From Reclinomonas americana ATCC 50394 (taxonomy: Eukaryota), in NCBI GenBank assembly GCA_048213135.1, contig PS015599.1, positions 1 to 47,955 of the forward strand: a stretch of DNA of 47,955 nt, in the 5' to 3' direction. The translations under genes and the position numbers were made by a program. The first letter of the stretch is position 1. Every line of letters starts with the position of its first letter. Of this stretch, positions 1 through 12,158 are shown in pieces. Under the pieces are notes generated by a model. The model was given only the letters and a program-made list of their open reading frames with translations, ran no database searches and was not told the origin of the DNA.

Positions 1-253
1 AAATAGGCGCGATTTATGGAGAGAAGAAGACGAGGAAGAGGAAGGAGAGAAGTCGTGACGAGTTGAACGGAGAGGCAGCCATGTGGGAAGTAGGGTTGAA
101 TAGAGGAGGGAAGCCAGACAGGCAGTAAAGCAAACCTGCAAAGTGACCGACAACACGACATTGAAGAGCAGAGTGAGAGAATGAGAGAGAGAGAGAGAGA
201 GAGAGACGACAGAACGCTTATCGGCAAAGAGTAAACGACCACACGCGACTCAC

Positions 254-2193
254 CCAAGCACGAGTGGCCGTAATGCACGAGAAAATCGCACCCGAGAGCC
301 TTGGCAGTAAGGTCGTCAATGCAGCATGCGCCATAGGTAACGTCACCCATAATCAGCGTCTCCACTTGGCAGAATCTGCGAGAGATGGAGTGTGAGGTGC
401 CGGATGCACGAAGTTTTCTCTCACAATAGTAAGAGGCCATCACTCTGCACCTCATACCACTCCATTGTCTCGCTCTTCTTGCGCTCCGTTCACAAGTCCG
501 CACATTGCGCTCTTTGTCTCGCCCATCTTATCTCACTTCTCCGCCTTCTGTCCCTCCGGTGCACCTCATACAACTCCAACGTCTCGCGATTCGCCGTGCT
601 CTACTCACAAGCTAATACCCACACTCTTCGGTTAACGCTTTCTTTCCTCTCGGTCCTCTGTCTCCCAGTTATCTCGCCCCTCTTTGTGCTCTGCTCACAA
701 GCCTTCACCTAACGCTCTTTGCCTCGCTCGTCGCTCTCACTCTCACAGACCGTCACTCTGCACCTCATAGCACTCCATTGACTCACCTCTCCTTGTGCTC
801 TGCTCACAAGCCTTCACCTAACGCTCGTTGACTCGCTCATCGTTCTCACTCTCAAAGACCGTCACTCTGCACCTCATAGCACTCCATTGACTCGCCTCTC
901 CTTGTGCTCTGCTCACAAGCCTTCACCTAACGCTCTTTGCCTCGCTCATCGTTCTCACTCTCACAGACCGTCACTCTGCACCTCATAGCACTCCATTGAC
1001 TCGCCTCTCCTTGCGCTCTGCTCACAAGCCTTCACCTAACGCTCGTTGACTCGCTCATCGTTCTCACTCTCAAAGACCGCCACTCTGCACCTCATAGCAC
1101 TCCATTGACTGTGCTCTGCCTTCCTCTCTCACCCTTCCCCCTCTCACTCCCCCTTCCCCTGTCATCGCCCACCTCTCCAAGATATCCGCAATTGTCGTCG
1201 CATACAACAACAACCCTTCGGGAAACTGCAGCGCCACTCGCCGACACGCATCACCGGCCTCACGCAGTCGCCACACTGTCTTGTGCAACTCAAAGTTGTA
1301 GTTGGCGGGCAGTACGCTGATGCAGGCGTTCAGCTGTGTGCGCGGAGAGTGACAGGAGGGCAGGGGTGAGTGAGGGAGTGAGAGAAAGAGTGAGTGAGTG
1401 AGTGAGGGAGTGAGTGAGTGAGTGAGGGAGGGAGTGAGTGAGTGAGTGTGTGAGTGTGTATGTGAGAGTGAGTGAGTGAGGGAGTGAGTGAGTGAGTGAG
1501 TGAGTGAGTGAGTGAGTGAGTGAGTGAGTGAGTGAGGGAGAGAGAGAGAGTGTGTGTGTGAGTGAGTGAGTGTGTGAGTGAGTGAGTGAGTGAGTGAGTG
1601 NNNNNNNNNNNNNNNNNNNNGAGTGAGTGAGTGAGTGGGGGAGGGAGAGAGAGAGAGAGAATGAGAGAGAGAGTGAGTGAGTGAGTGAGTGAGAGAGTGA
1701 GAGAGAGAGTGAGTGAGTGGGTGAGAGAGAGAGAGAGAGAGAGAGTGAGTGAGTGAGTGAGTGAGTGAGAGAGTGAGAGAGAGAGTGAGTGAGTGAGTGA
1801 GTGAGTGAGTGAGTGAGCGAGAGTGAGTGAGTGAGTGAGTGAGTGAGTGAGAGAGTGAGTGAGTGAGTGTTAGTGAGAAACGTACCTCCTCATTGTGCAG
1901 AATGTCGTCGGAGATCACATTGCCCGCGCGTCCAACCACACGAGTCTTTGGTCGCACAACTGCATGTGTGCGTGAGAGAGTGAGAGTGTGTGTGTGCGTG
2001 TGTGTGTGTGTGTGTGAGAGTGAGAGAGACAGTACCAATGGCGGAGGGTGCGACTGTTGTCGAGGAAGAGTCGCCCTGGTGACACAGAAAGTCAATCAAC
2101 ATGCATTCACAACTTGAAAAGCATTGCACATACCTCTGAGGGCAACGTGCTGCACGATCCACACTTGCTCGCTTCGTCACTGCTCTCACACAT
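254..2193 (-). CDS. DPH1: Diphthamide biosynthesis protein 1, 5' part; the gene continues beyond the left edge of the window
   Basis: Spliced exons 2193-2134, 2075-2036, 1959-1886, 1333-1173 and 375-254, all GT-AG and phase-consistent. They give [15 protein letters not shown]...[13 protein letters not shown]...[14 protein letters not shown]...[11 protein letters not shown], the hallmark Dph1 motifs. Confidence 0.95.
683..1112. repeat. 109-bp tandem minisatellite (about 4 copies, with degenerate copies back to ~420) in a DPH1 intron
   Basis: CTGCTCACAAGCCTTCACCTAACGCTC recurs at 691, 800, 909 and 1018, a period of 109. Confidence 0.9.
1366..1876. repeat. (TGAG)n/(GA)n microsatellite with an internal assembly gap, intronic in DPH1
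   Basis: Directly visible; N-run at 1601-1620. Confidence 0.95.
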
Positions 2194-2269
2194 TCTTTCA
2201 ATCGATGCAATAGGGACACAACGAGAGGACAAGGAGACTCTCTGGCGATTGCCCTTCACTCGATCCACT

Positions 2270-5200
2270 TCATATCTTCAGCCCCGACGTGCAGTCGCCA
2301 CTCGTCGCACACGCGGTCGCCGTCGACGTGGCCACCACGCCACTCTTTGGCACACACTGTCTGGTCGACGCTGTGAATGTCCACGAGCCACAGGCGGTCA
2401 ACTGCGAGCACCACAGTGAGCATGCTTGAGAACCGGTTGTCGTCTTGATGGCCCACTTGAGATCGCCACCGGGCCGATCTGCACGCCAACAAGCCACATC
2501 AGTCTCAAATCTCTCTCTCATCTCTTTTCTCTCCGAGAGGACTCACCCGTGCTCGTCTGGAAGCCGCTGCTGTCGTACGCAGCCACACTCGTCTTGCGTC
2601 CCGACACCAAGCAGAAATGCGTGCCGCACACATTGCTGGTCTCGACATTGGCGGCCGCCGCTGGCACGGTGCTCTGCATGCAACGAGAAGATGAGACACC
2701 CTGCCTCTCGCAAACCCCTTCTTCAATCACCGATCACATGCCTTCAGCGTGCACACACTCACGCCATACGTGTTCGATGCCGCCGCAGCATCCAGGAAAG
2801 TCCACGATCGGCACAGCGAAAACCGATCGCACAAATCGCAGCATCCGACTTCGCTTGCAACGGCAGACATCACGGCGAGGATCGTGCCACCAGGTCGATC
2901 CACTGCCTCGAATTGGCACACTTCCAACGCCGCTGCTCGGTGTTACAGAGAATGAGATGGCAAACGACGATGAACACCAGAAATTACAAACAGCGCAACG
3001 AGCGACAGTTCCATTCTGCACTGTTGAACAACCTGCGTTCATTGCTGCATACACGCCCATGCCAAGTCAGCACAACTTACTTCAGCGCAGTGCATGTCGA
3101 CTGTCACGAGAGTACCCCAACGCAGCCAACGGCGCCAACAACGTCAGATAATGGCTTGAACGAAACGCAATATCTCTTCTCTTTGATGTAGACAGATGCG
3201 AATGAATCACATTCTGATTTCGCTGCTCTGTCCACGACTCTACGTTCTTCATCCATCGCTCGACTCCTTGCAGATGCGATTCTTGGATCAGTTGCCTGCC
3301 CGTAATACCAGACCCATGCCCTTCTCATGTCATCCTAAATCTATCTCTCTCTTTTCTTCTCCCTCCTCTCTCTCTCCCTCCCTCCCTCCCTCCCTTACTC
3401 CTAACTACCATTGCTTGTACCAGCGGTCCTCAATCCCTCACTCTCCACACTTCAGTCTGAATATCTCTCGGATTGTCACCCCGTATCCGCCTTCTCTTCT
3501 CCTTAGTCCACCCCTTGCCCTCCCACCTCCCTCCTCTCTCCCTCCCTGTCCCCACCCACGCACCGTAGACAATTGTGAACTGCTTGGTGTACGTCAGCGT
3601 CCCGTCGCTCACTTGCACAAACACTTGCAGTCGCCGACTCAGTGGTGGAGCCACCGAGATGGTCAACTGATTGCCGCCCACGATGCTGAACAGAGCTGCA
3701 TGCACGCCACCCACGATGCTGAATGTCGGCGACTGTCCCGTGTTGAGATCCACCATGCTCAGGGTGCCCACGGTGAAGGGCACCGTCGCACTCGAGTACG
3801 TCTGCGGTCCCGACAGCAGAATGTCGCTCGGACCAACACTCCCTGCACACCTTAATCGTTTAGCTGACACACGCATACACACTCATTCACACACATGCTT
3901 GCATGCACACAGACATACTTACACAGAGAGGGAGAGGGGAGAGAGTGTGAGAGAGAAACAGCGAGAGAGAGAGAGAAGAACATCATGAAAGAAAACAAGC
4001 ACAGCTCTAGATCTCCACACACAAAAAAAACAAACGACGGCTGAATACTCCCTGCGCTCTTTCTTCCCTTAATCCTCACCAATGGCGAATGCCGACACCG
4101 CCAGATATGTCTTGGTTGGCGCCCATCGTACGCACAGCTCGTATGTGCCTGCTGCAGTACCCGCTGCTCCCATCGTCAGCGTGATGCTGGTCGCGCTGCC
4201 GAATGCACTGCTGACAGTGGTGCTGGCTACGGCCGTTGGCGGTGTCGTGGCGCCACAAAGGGGAGTGCCAAGCACATAGGCAGATGCATCAGCTGAGTTA
4301 TTCACCAGCGCGGTTCCCGTCAGCGTGACAAGCTGGCCAGCCAGTGCCGACACAAATGTAGCCGACAGCGATGTCACAGTCGGTGCTGCATGCAAGGCAA
4401 TCAGCAACATCACGCATCACAACATCACACACAATCAAAATTGCATGCAACCAGCAATGTTGAGGGTCTGATCGAATGACATCACGGGATTGCCATTGTC
4501 GGTCGTGCGCACAACCACCACCAACGATGCCGTCACACCCGCATTCACAAACTGCAGCTGGTTGCCAGATACAATCGTCACCGATGCGCTGCTGGCACCA
4601 CCCACCACCGAATACGTGAACGATTGCTGCGCGTCGACATCGCTCGTGTTCATCGTGCCGATCGCCAGTCCCGCCGTGCTGGGCGGAATGTACGAGCTCG
4701 CACTCAGTGTCACCGCCGTCGGTGCATTGTTCACTGTGGTGGGAGACAAAATCAACAACCACGTCGAGAAACACACAACAGTCTCAATCAATTATCAACT
4801 CACCCGACGTCACACTGAACGACTTGTCGACAAACATGGGCGGCGTGCCATTGTCGAACGAGCGGATCGTGACAGCCAAAGGACTGCCAGACTGTCCCGC
4901 CGACGTGATCTGCAACTGTGCGCCTCCTCCGCCCAGGGAGAAGACGCCGCTGTTCGCGCCGCCGGTGACCGCGTACGTGTACGTCTGGCTCCCATCACTG
5001 TCCGTCGTGCTCATCGTACACACGGACATGTTGGCCGTCGACGGGGCGACATAGGTGGCAGAGCAGACTATGTCACTCGGCGTCGAGTTGGAGGTGGTGA
5101 ACGACAGGGTAGAGCCGGTGAGAGTACTGGGTACGGTGGAGGTGGAGATGGCACGGAAGAAGTACGTCGAATTGGCGGCAAGGGAAGTCAAAGAGGCGGT

Positions 5201-6129
5201 CAGGGCGGTGCTGGAAACGACGCCAGAGGTGGCCGGGGTGGCGGAGACGGTGGAGGAGCCGATGGTGAGTCGACGAATGGTGAAGTTTTTGAAATCTGCG
5301 AGCCTCAGACTTGAGCATCGCGGCAGTCATACCATCTGCTACCGATCGACCTCGTACCTGCAATGTACAGTGTGGATGTTGCCGCATCATACGCCATGTA
5401 ATGCTGGAAACGAGAGTATGAGACCTACTGCACATCGTAAATACGCGACAATAGAGGGAGCGAACCGGCCAATAGAATCGAGCAGAAGCAAGGGGGCTTC
5501 CATCGGCAGAGCCAGTGACTCCCACAGCACCGGCGATCGTTGTTACTGCACCCGTGCTGACGACGATTTGGCGAATCGTATTGTTCCAGAGCTATGAATG
5601 AAACATATTAACATCGAGCCGATGATGAAGTGCACACACCGACCTCGCGTGCAAGGACTGCACACGCAACATCTGCAACGTAAAGAACACCACGACCTTG
5701 ATCCAGTTGGATGCCAACAGGCTGATTGAATCGAGCCACAGTGCCAGTAGCATCTGTCCACCCTACAGTTCCAGTCATCGAGCCCGCCAAAGTCGACGTC
5801 GTCATCGCCAGCATGTCGATCACACGAATGTTGTGCCGACTCCTATCAACTGCACATATCAAAGAGCTTAGGATCCTCAGCTCGGCTATCTCGCTTTCTG
5901 TCTCTCAAACATAGAGGTTGAGAGAGAGAGAGACAAGCCACAATCATCACAAGTAAGTGACAAGCAAGTGCGTGTGTATGTGCGAGTGGGTGAGTGAGTG
6001 GGTGAGTGCGAAAGTAATATAGCAAGGTGAGTGAGAGAGATGGAGAGAGTGAGCGTGCAAGTGCGTAAGTGTGTGTGTGCACAAATCAAAACGAGACAGC
6101 ATACAGTCGCATCCTCTCGCAGTCACTCT

Positions 6130-6200
<71 letters not shown>

Positions 6201-7530
6201 AACCAACATACAGCCGATTCGCAGCCGTGTCCAAAGCCACGCCAGCAGGCCCAGCAAACTGTGCTATTGTTGCACATGCTCCGTCAACTGCATTTGACGA
6301 GCCAATCGTACCGCAATATGTGGTGGTTTCGCCTCCGTATGTAACCTGCGGGGATAAAATCTGAGCAGAGTGTCGCACAAACTGAGCTCACGCACATACA
6401 CACACCTTTCTTACAGCCACGTTATTGTAGTCACCAACATACACTGCTGCGTTCGAAGAATCAACCACAATGCCGTGTGGATTGTTGAACCTTGCACTCG
6501 ATCCGCTGCCATTCGCAGTGCCAGTTGACCCGTTGCCAGCCAGAGTTGACACAGAGCCCGAAGGAGTGCCGACGCGGACTGCGTGATTTCCCTGCAGTGC
6601 ATCGCGAGATGAGAGATCGGCCGCACTATTAAATCAGCTGCTACCTGGGGTACATGTACGCAACACCAACAATGTACATGTATCCGGTGGTCAAGTCGAT
6701 CGCTATTCCAGTGGGCCCACTGAAACGCGCGGCCGCACCGATCCCGTCAACCAAGCCCGCAACTCCTGCGGTTCCCAGAAACGTCGAAGTCGCACCGCTA
6801 CTCGTCACTCGCCGAATCGTGTGATTGCTACAATCGCACACAAATGCAACTCCTGAGGCATCAAACGCGATGCTCTGCAAGTCGACAGCGCTGTGAGTTG
6901 CGGACGCCAACGTCAACTCTCAGTGCGAGACAAACCGTCGGATTGTAAAAACGAGCGGCACTGCCGGTGCCATCCGTCGAACCCTGCATGCCGGCCGAGC
7001 CCAACCACGTCGACACGGCTGGAGTGACACCCAATGCAGCCGTCGTCGGCGCCCACTCAAATGAGTTGGTCATTGTCGACGCGGCCACTGAGTTGCCCAC
7101 AACGGCATTCAATGTCACCGACGACGTCGTAACAGCGCTGGTCGCAAGGGTGGCCAGTGACTGGGTGGCTGCAACACGTTAAGGAAGGAGAATTCAGCAG
7201 CAGGTGGAGAACAGGGGTAGAAGAGGACAAGAGGGGGGAAGCGGGGAATGGGGCAAGGGGGGAGTGGTGAAGAAGAGAAGCGAGGAAGAGGGGAAGAGGG
7301 GGGAGGAGTGAGGAGTAGATGTCAAAGATTGAGAAGTGGATTAAGGATTGACAAGGAAGAACAGGAGGCGGAGGACATCAAGTGGAGCACAGAAAGAGGG
7401 AGAGATGTTGCTTACCTGAGGAAGAGACGGCAGAAGGGGAAGAAGAAGAAGGAGAAGAAGAAGAAGAGAAAGAAGACGGGGAGGAAAAGACGAAAGGGAA
7501 CAGGAAGATGAAGCACGTGAAGAAGGGAGG

Positions 7531-7608
<78 letters not shown>

Positions 7609-10224
7609 TACGTACGTACGTACGTACGTACGTACGTACTACGTACGTACGTAGTACGTACGTACGTACGTACGTACGTACGGTACGACGACGACGGTAC
7701 GTACGTACGTACGTACGTACGTACGTACGTACGTACGNNNNNNNNNNNNNNNNNNNNGAGAGAGAGAGAGAGACAGAGACTGTGCGATTTTCACACTGCC
7801 TCACCTGTAATAATGGTGAACGACTTGTCGAAGAACAGCGGCGGCGATCCATTATCTGTCGACCGAATTGTCACCGCCAGCGAGCTGCCTGCCTGCCCTG
7901 CCGCCGCAATCACCAGCAACTGTCCGCTGATCGAAAACACCGCGCTGTTGGCGCCGCCGACGATCGAGTAGGTGAACGACTGGCCCGCATTCGTGTCCGT
8001 CGTCTGCAGCGCACATACGACTTGATTCGCCACCGACGGCGACACGTACGTCGTCGACGAGCAGCTGATATCAGTCGGAGCCACATTGGCCACAGTGGAA
8101 AAGGACACAGTGGCACCGTTGACGGTGCTGGGTGTGGAAGTGACGCCGACGGCGCGATAGTAGTACGTCCAGTTGCTGGCCAGGCCAGTTAGTGAGGCGG
8201 TGATGGAGGTCGCGAGGGAGCCAGTGGCGGTCGCAGGCGTGGCCGACACCGATTGCGATGCGAGCGAGAGGCGACGGATGGTATGATTGGAGAAATCGGC
8301 AACCAGCACAGATGCCGTCGAGGCATCAAAAACAACATAAACCGGCGAGTTAAAGCGTGCCACCGCAAGTGCGCTGCCATTGGCTGATCCGCTCATGCCC
8401 GCCACGCCGCCAATCGTCGATACTGACGAGTCTGACAATTGGAGTTGACGCACGGTGTTGTTGGCAGACTGCGGGGGCGCGAGATAAGAAACTTGCAACG
8501 AGACTCTCCAGTGTGAAGAACATACTCAACATCGGCAACATAGATGACGTTGTTTCCAGAGTCATACGCCAGTCCGAGCGGTGTATTGAAGCGAGCAGCG
8601 GTTCCTGGTGCGCATCGATCAGCACTGCACACGAGACAATCAACAGGGTTGTGTTCGAAGAACTCACCGGTGGCATCCGTGGATCCAGATGCACCGCTGG
8701 TCGAACCCGCCACTGTCGTCACCGTCATCGCCACTGTGTTTATGGCTCGGATGGAGTTGTTATTGCGGTCAGCTGCACGCACACAAGCAGGATTGGAGGA
8801 TGAGAATGGGAGGAAGGACAACTCTCTCCCGCACAGCACTCACCAGCATACAGCGTGGTTCCAACGAGAAGCACGCCATTGGGACCACCGAATAGCGCCG
8901 TCCCTGCACACGTGCCATCGGCAGTGCCACTCACGCCCGCGGAGCCACAAAAGGTCGTCACCGCACCGGCATAGGTCACTCGCCGAATCGTTTTGTTGTT
9001 CCAGTCGCCCACATACACCACTTGGTTCGTGGAATCCACCGCGACTCCGGAGGGCTGATTGAAGGAGGCTGCTGCACCCGTGCCATTGGCACTCCCCGCC
9101 GCTCCACTGCCCGCCAACGTGGTGACCACAGCTGCTGCAGTGACAGCACGCACAGCGTGGTTATACATCTGGACGAGAGACCACACCACAGAGTCAGAAG
9201 AATGCAAAACTCATGCATTATCATCGCACTCACATCGGCGACATAGATGGTTCCCGTGGTTTGGTCGATGGCGAGACCGGCAACACTGTGAGAGTGCTGG
9301 ATGAGGGGAGAGAGCGAGAGAAAGGAAAAGAGCGAAAGAGCGGAGAGAGAGAGAGCGCGCACTTTCCAAACTGCGCTGCCACTCCTGTGCCATCCACGAG
9401 ACCGCATGTGCCTCCAGCAAAGGTGGTCACGGTGGCCGCAGGTGTGACGCATCGAATGCGACAGTTGCTTCCATCATCGCGCGCATGCACATGAGTGAGA
9501 GAAGGACAAAAGAAGAGTGTGCATGACAAACCCGTAATCGCCCACGAAAACGTTGCCTGTGGCGTCAAAGGCCAGTCCCTGTGGAGAGAGCATACACGCA
9601 CTGCATCAGCGAAAGGGTACAGCAGGGTAACCTTTCGCGCACAAACCATTGGCGTGTTGAACAATGCGCTTGCTCCAACACCATCCGTTGTTCCCGAGGT
9701 GCCTGTCGTGCCCACAAAGGTGGCGACAGTGGGGGAGGACACACCAATGGCAGCCGAGTAAGGAGACCACTCAAAGGAGTTGGTGGTGCCTCCAGCGACA
9801 TTGTTGGGATTGACCCAGGCATTGAGTGTGACGGACGTGCCAATGATGCTGTTGGCGACGGCGGTGGTCACTGTCTGGGCGTCTGCTTCGGTGAAAAAGG
9901 CATGGCAGCACGATGTAAGGAGGCGGTGCAGTTGCATCGTACAAAATAAATTCGAATGTGGCAAGCGCTGCGCAGCGCAGCGCGTGGGGAACAAAAAAAT
10001 ACTCAGTTTGAGCAAGAAAAAGAGACCCAGAATAATGGAGCGCAGCGCGGGGCAGTGTAGAGAGACGGAACAGAGAGAGAGAGAGACAGGTGAGGAAACA
10101 TACTCACTGCCGCAGCACTGTATCTGTGTGCAACAGTTTTGCGTGCCACTCAACATGTCGTGACAGCCAGCGCCAGGACGAGCACGTGGACGATGAGCGT
10201 GACGCTGAAGAGGAGCACGCGCAT
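2270..10224 (-). CDS. Large secreted multidomain protein: signal peptide, 2x[FN3-like domain with inserted 6-bladed NHL propeller + cadherin-like domain], cadherin-like, IPT/TIG-like, cadherin-like, 2x PAN/Apple
   Basis: More than 20 phase-consistent exons. The N-terminus MRVLLFSVTLIVHVLVLALA is hydrophobic. NHL blades include AGSGAAGSANGTGAAASFNQPSGVAVD...YVGDWNNKTIRRV. Cadherin-like repeats read N(N/V)APT.I..S...DTNAGQSFTYSIVGG...F.I.G..L...VTIRSTDNGSP. PAN repeats read DRPGG.I...CCDLC....CRSWTF...CTLK and DRPGGDL...CSLWC....CGSWTF...CVPK. Stop TGA at 2270-2272. A few junctions near the 5' end are uncertain. Confidence 0.85.
6128..6197. repeat. Compound (CT)n(CA)n microsatellite, intronic
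   Basis: Directly visible. Confidence 0.9.
7535..7775. repeat. (GA)n tract, (TACG)n run and N-gap inside an intron
   Basis: Directly visible; the TACG run abuts the gap and is probably a sequencing artefact. Confidence 0.8.
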
Positions 10225-10667
10225 AATGACAGAGTGCGTGAAACGGCGTGGGAACTGCTTTTTGGCGCCAAATCATTCCGTTCCAATCAACGGGCATTTT
10301 CAATTTCGTTGTTTAGTTGTGGTGCGTGCGGCCCTCTCTTTGCTCACACTCAGAGTGGAGTTGTCTGTAGAGGAGAGCGCGTGCGTCTTTGTGCAACGTG
10401 AGCGCGATTGTGTGTGAGTGAGTGAATGCACGCAAGTAGTCGTTGCAAAAAGACGCGTGCCATTTCACACTCTCTAACACACACACACGCTCTCTCTCTG
10501 TGTGTGTGTGTGTGTGTGTCTGCTCATGTGCGCGTGTGTGTGTGTGTGAGAGAGAGAGGCAGACAGAGAGAGATTCGCATTTGAGTGGGTGTTGGTCGCA
10601 TTCGCGCTGACTCACACTCACTTTGTTGTTTGCTTGTTTGCTTGTTTGCAGAGCTCGTTTGTGTTCC

Positions 10668-10973
10668 ATGACGACGCCTACTACGCAAAAGGAGATCTAC
10701 ACGTATGATGTTGCGTTGTGTAAAGGGAGGGAGGGAGGGAAAGAGGGAAAGAGAGGAGGGAGATGAGTGACTGAGAAGAGAGAGGTGAGAGTGTTTTGTG
10801 TCTCTCACTCTTCTCTGTCTCTCTCTTTCTCTCTGTGTGAGTTCTGTCTCTCTCTCTCTCTCTCTGTGAGTGTGCTTGTGTATGTGTGTGTGTCTGTGTG
10901 AGAAAGTGTGGGAGATAATAACTTTGCGTGCATGTGTGCTTGTGCGCGTGTTTGTGAGAGTGACACACACACG

Positions 10974-11011
<38 letters not shown>

Positions 11012-12078
11012 ATGAGTGCGTCTGTTTGTGAGAGTGTGTGTCTGTGGCCTCTCTTGTCTCTCGCTATGCGTGTCTCTGTCTGTCTCTCTCTTACTGTTGT
11101 CTCTGTGTCTCTGTCTCTCTCTTTCTCTCTCTCTCAGTGTGTGAGTGTCTGCCTCTCTCTCTGTGTCTCACTGTCTCTTTCTGTGTTGTCTCTTTGTGTG
11201 CGCATGTGTGTGTGTGCGATGGGGTGAATGAGCGCGACTGTGTTTGTGTGAGTGTGTGCGTGTGGGAGTGTGCGTGTCTGTTGCTCNNNNNNNNNNNNNN
11301 NNNNNNATCGTCGCCTGCTGGTGCAGGCGAGGTGCGTCTCATGTCGCCGTCGGAGTGGAGGCGGCAAGTGGAGGATGAGATCACGCACAATCGCGCGGTG
11401 GCCACGGTGCGGCGAGCGTATGGAAAGAAGCAGAAGCTGGAGCGCATTCTCCGCGGACGGCATCCCGAGGGCGTGCTCAGTTGCGCAGCCGCAGCGGACT
11501 CACTGTACTCGTTACAGCGCATCTGACTTTTGTGCCACAATGCAGCGGGCGAGGCTCCAGTGGAGGATGCAGCGCAGGCGCCGTTGTACCGCGACGAGGC
11601 CGAGCGGCGAGTGCAGGAGCAGGCAATGCTGGCGGCGCGTGCGGGTGTGCGACGGGAATTCATTGCGCGCAATCGCTCCTCGGTGCAGGGCACGTTGACA
11701 CTGACGCGTAACATTGCGGATGAGGGTCCGTCGTCGCCGCTGGGTGCGCCACCCGCCGACGCCAACCCGCACAACCTCTACGATGCCGGGTTCAAGCTGT
11801 TCCAGTCGCGGCGACGACCGTCACTACCGCCACCGCCCTCCACGTTCACACTGCAGCAAATGGCCGTCGATGCCTTCTCCGAGCGCGTACACAACCCGCG
11901 TCGCGAGGCCAAGCTGGTGTCGCTGCAGACGCGCGGTCGCGATTTCAACCCCGTCACCGGCGGTCCGCTGCCGTACACAGCCTCGCCGCCGCCGTACGAC
12001 TACAGTCGCACCGATGCTGCGGGACCTGCATCGCCTGTGCGGAGACCAAGCGTCGGCATTGTGCCCGGCCTGATGTGA
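10668..12078 (+). CDS. Hypothetical protein (~240 aa)
   Basis: Exon 1 MTTPTTQKEIYT ends at a phase-2 GTATGA donor. It joins in phase to the exon starting at 11307 (SSPAGAGEVRLMSPSEWRRQVEDEI...), whose acceptor is hidden in the N-gap. An intron from 11480 leads to the last exon ending ...RGRDFNPVTGG...GLM*. No family recognised. Confidence 0.6.
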
Positions 12079-12158
12079 GAGCGCCTGTGCATAAGAGAGT
12101 ACTATGTAATGAATACTCCGAGTCGTCAAATCGACTATTTGAGTCACAACACAAAGCA

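Noticed and set aside
1070-2095. 341-aa ORF with SLTH repeats, and similar HT/CV/RE-repeat ORFs elsewhere
   Set aside because: These are translations of intronic microsatellites; only the embedded DPH1 exons are coding.
3140-3260. Possible C/D snoRNA in a long intron (TGGATGA...CTGA on the minus strand)
   Set aside because: Imperfect C box, no terminal stem and no recognisable rRNA complementarity.
6592-6668. 11-nt micro-exon with 29- and 35-nt introns, or a non-AG acceptor, in NHL blade 2
   Set aside because: A single 73-nt GTTGCGT...CAG intron explains the frame more simply and matches the paralogous intron position.
7605-7737. (TACG)n run, with similar runs at 32005-32106 and 32688-32750, as a satellite, telomere-like or CRISPR-like repeat
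   Set aside because: Always next to N-gaps and microsatellites, irregular, and matching the T-A-C-G flow order of pyrosequencing; most likely read-end noise.
11471-11476. GC-AG intron starting GCGTGC
   Set aside because: An in-phase GT donor (GTTGCGC at 11480) is available, so a GC donor is not required.
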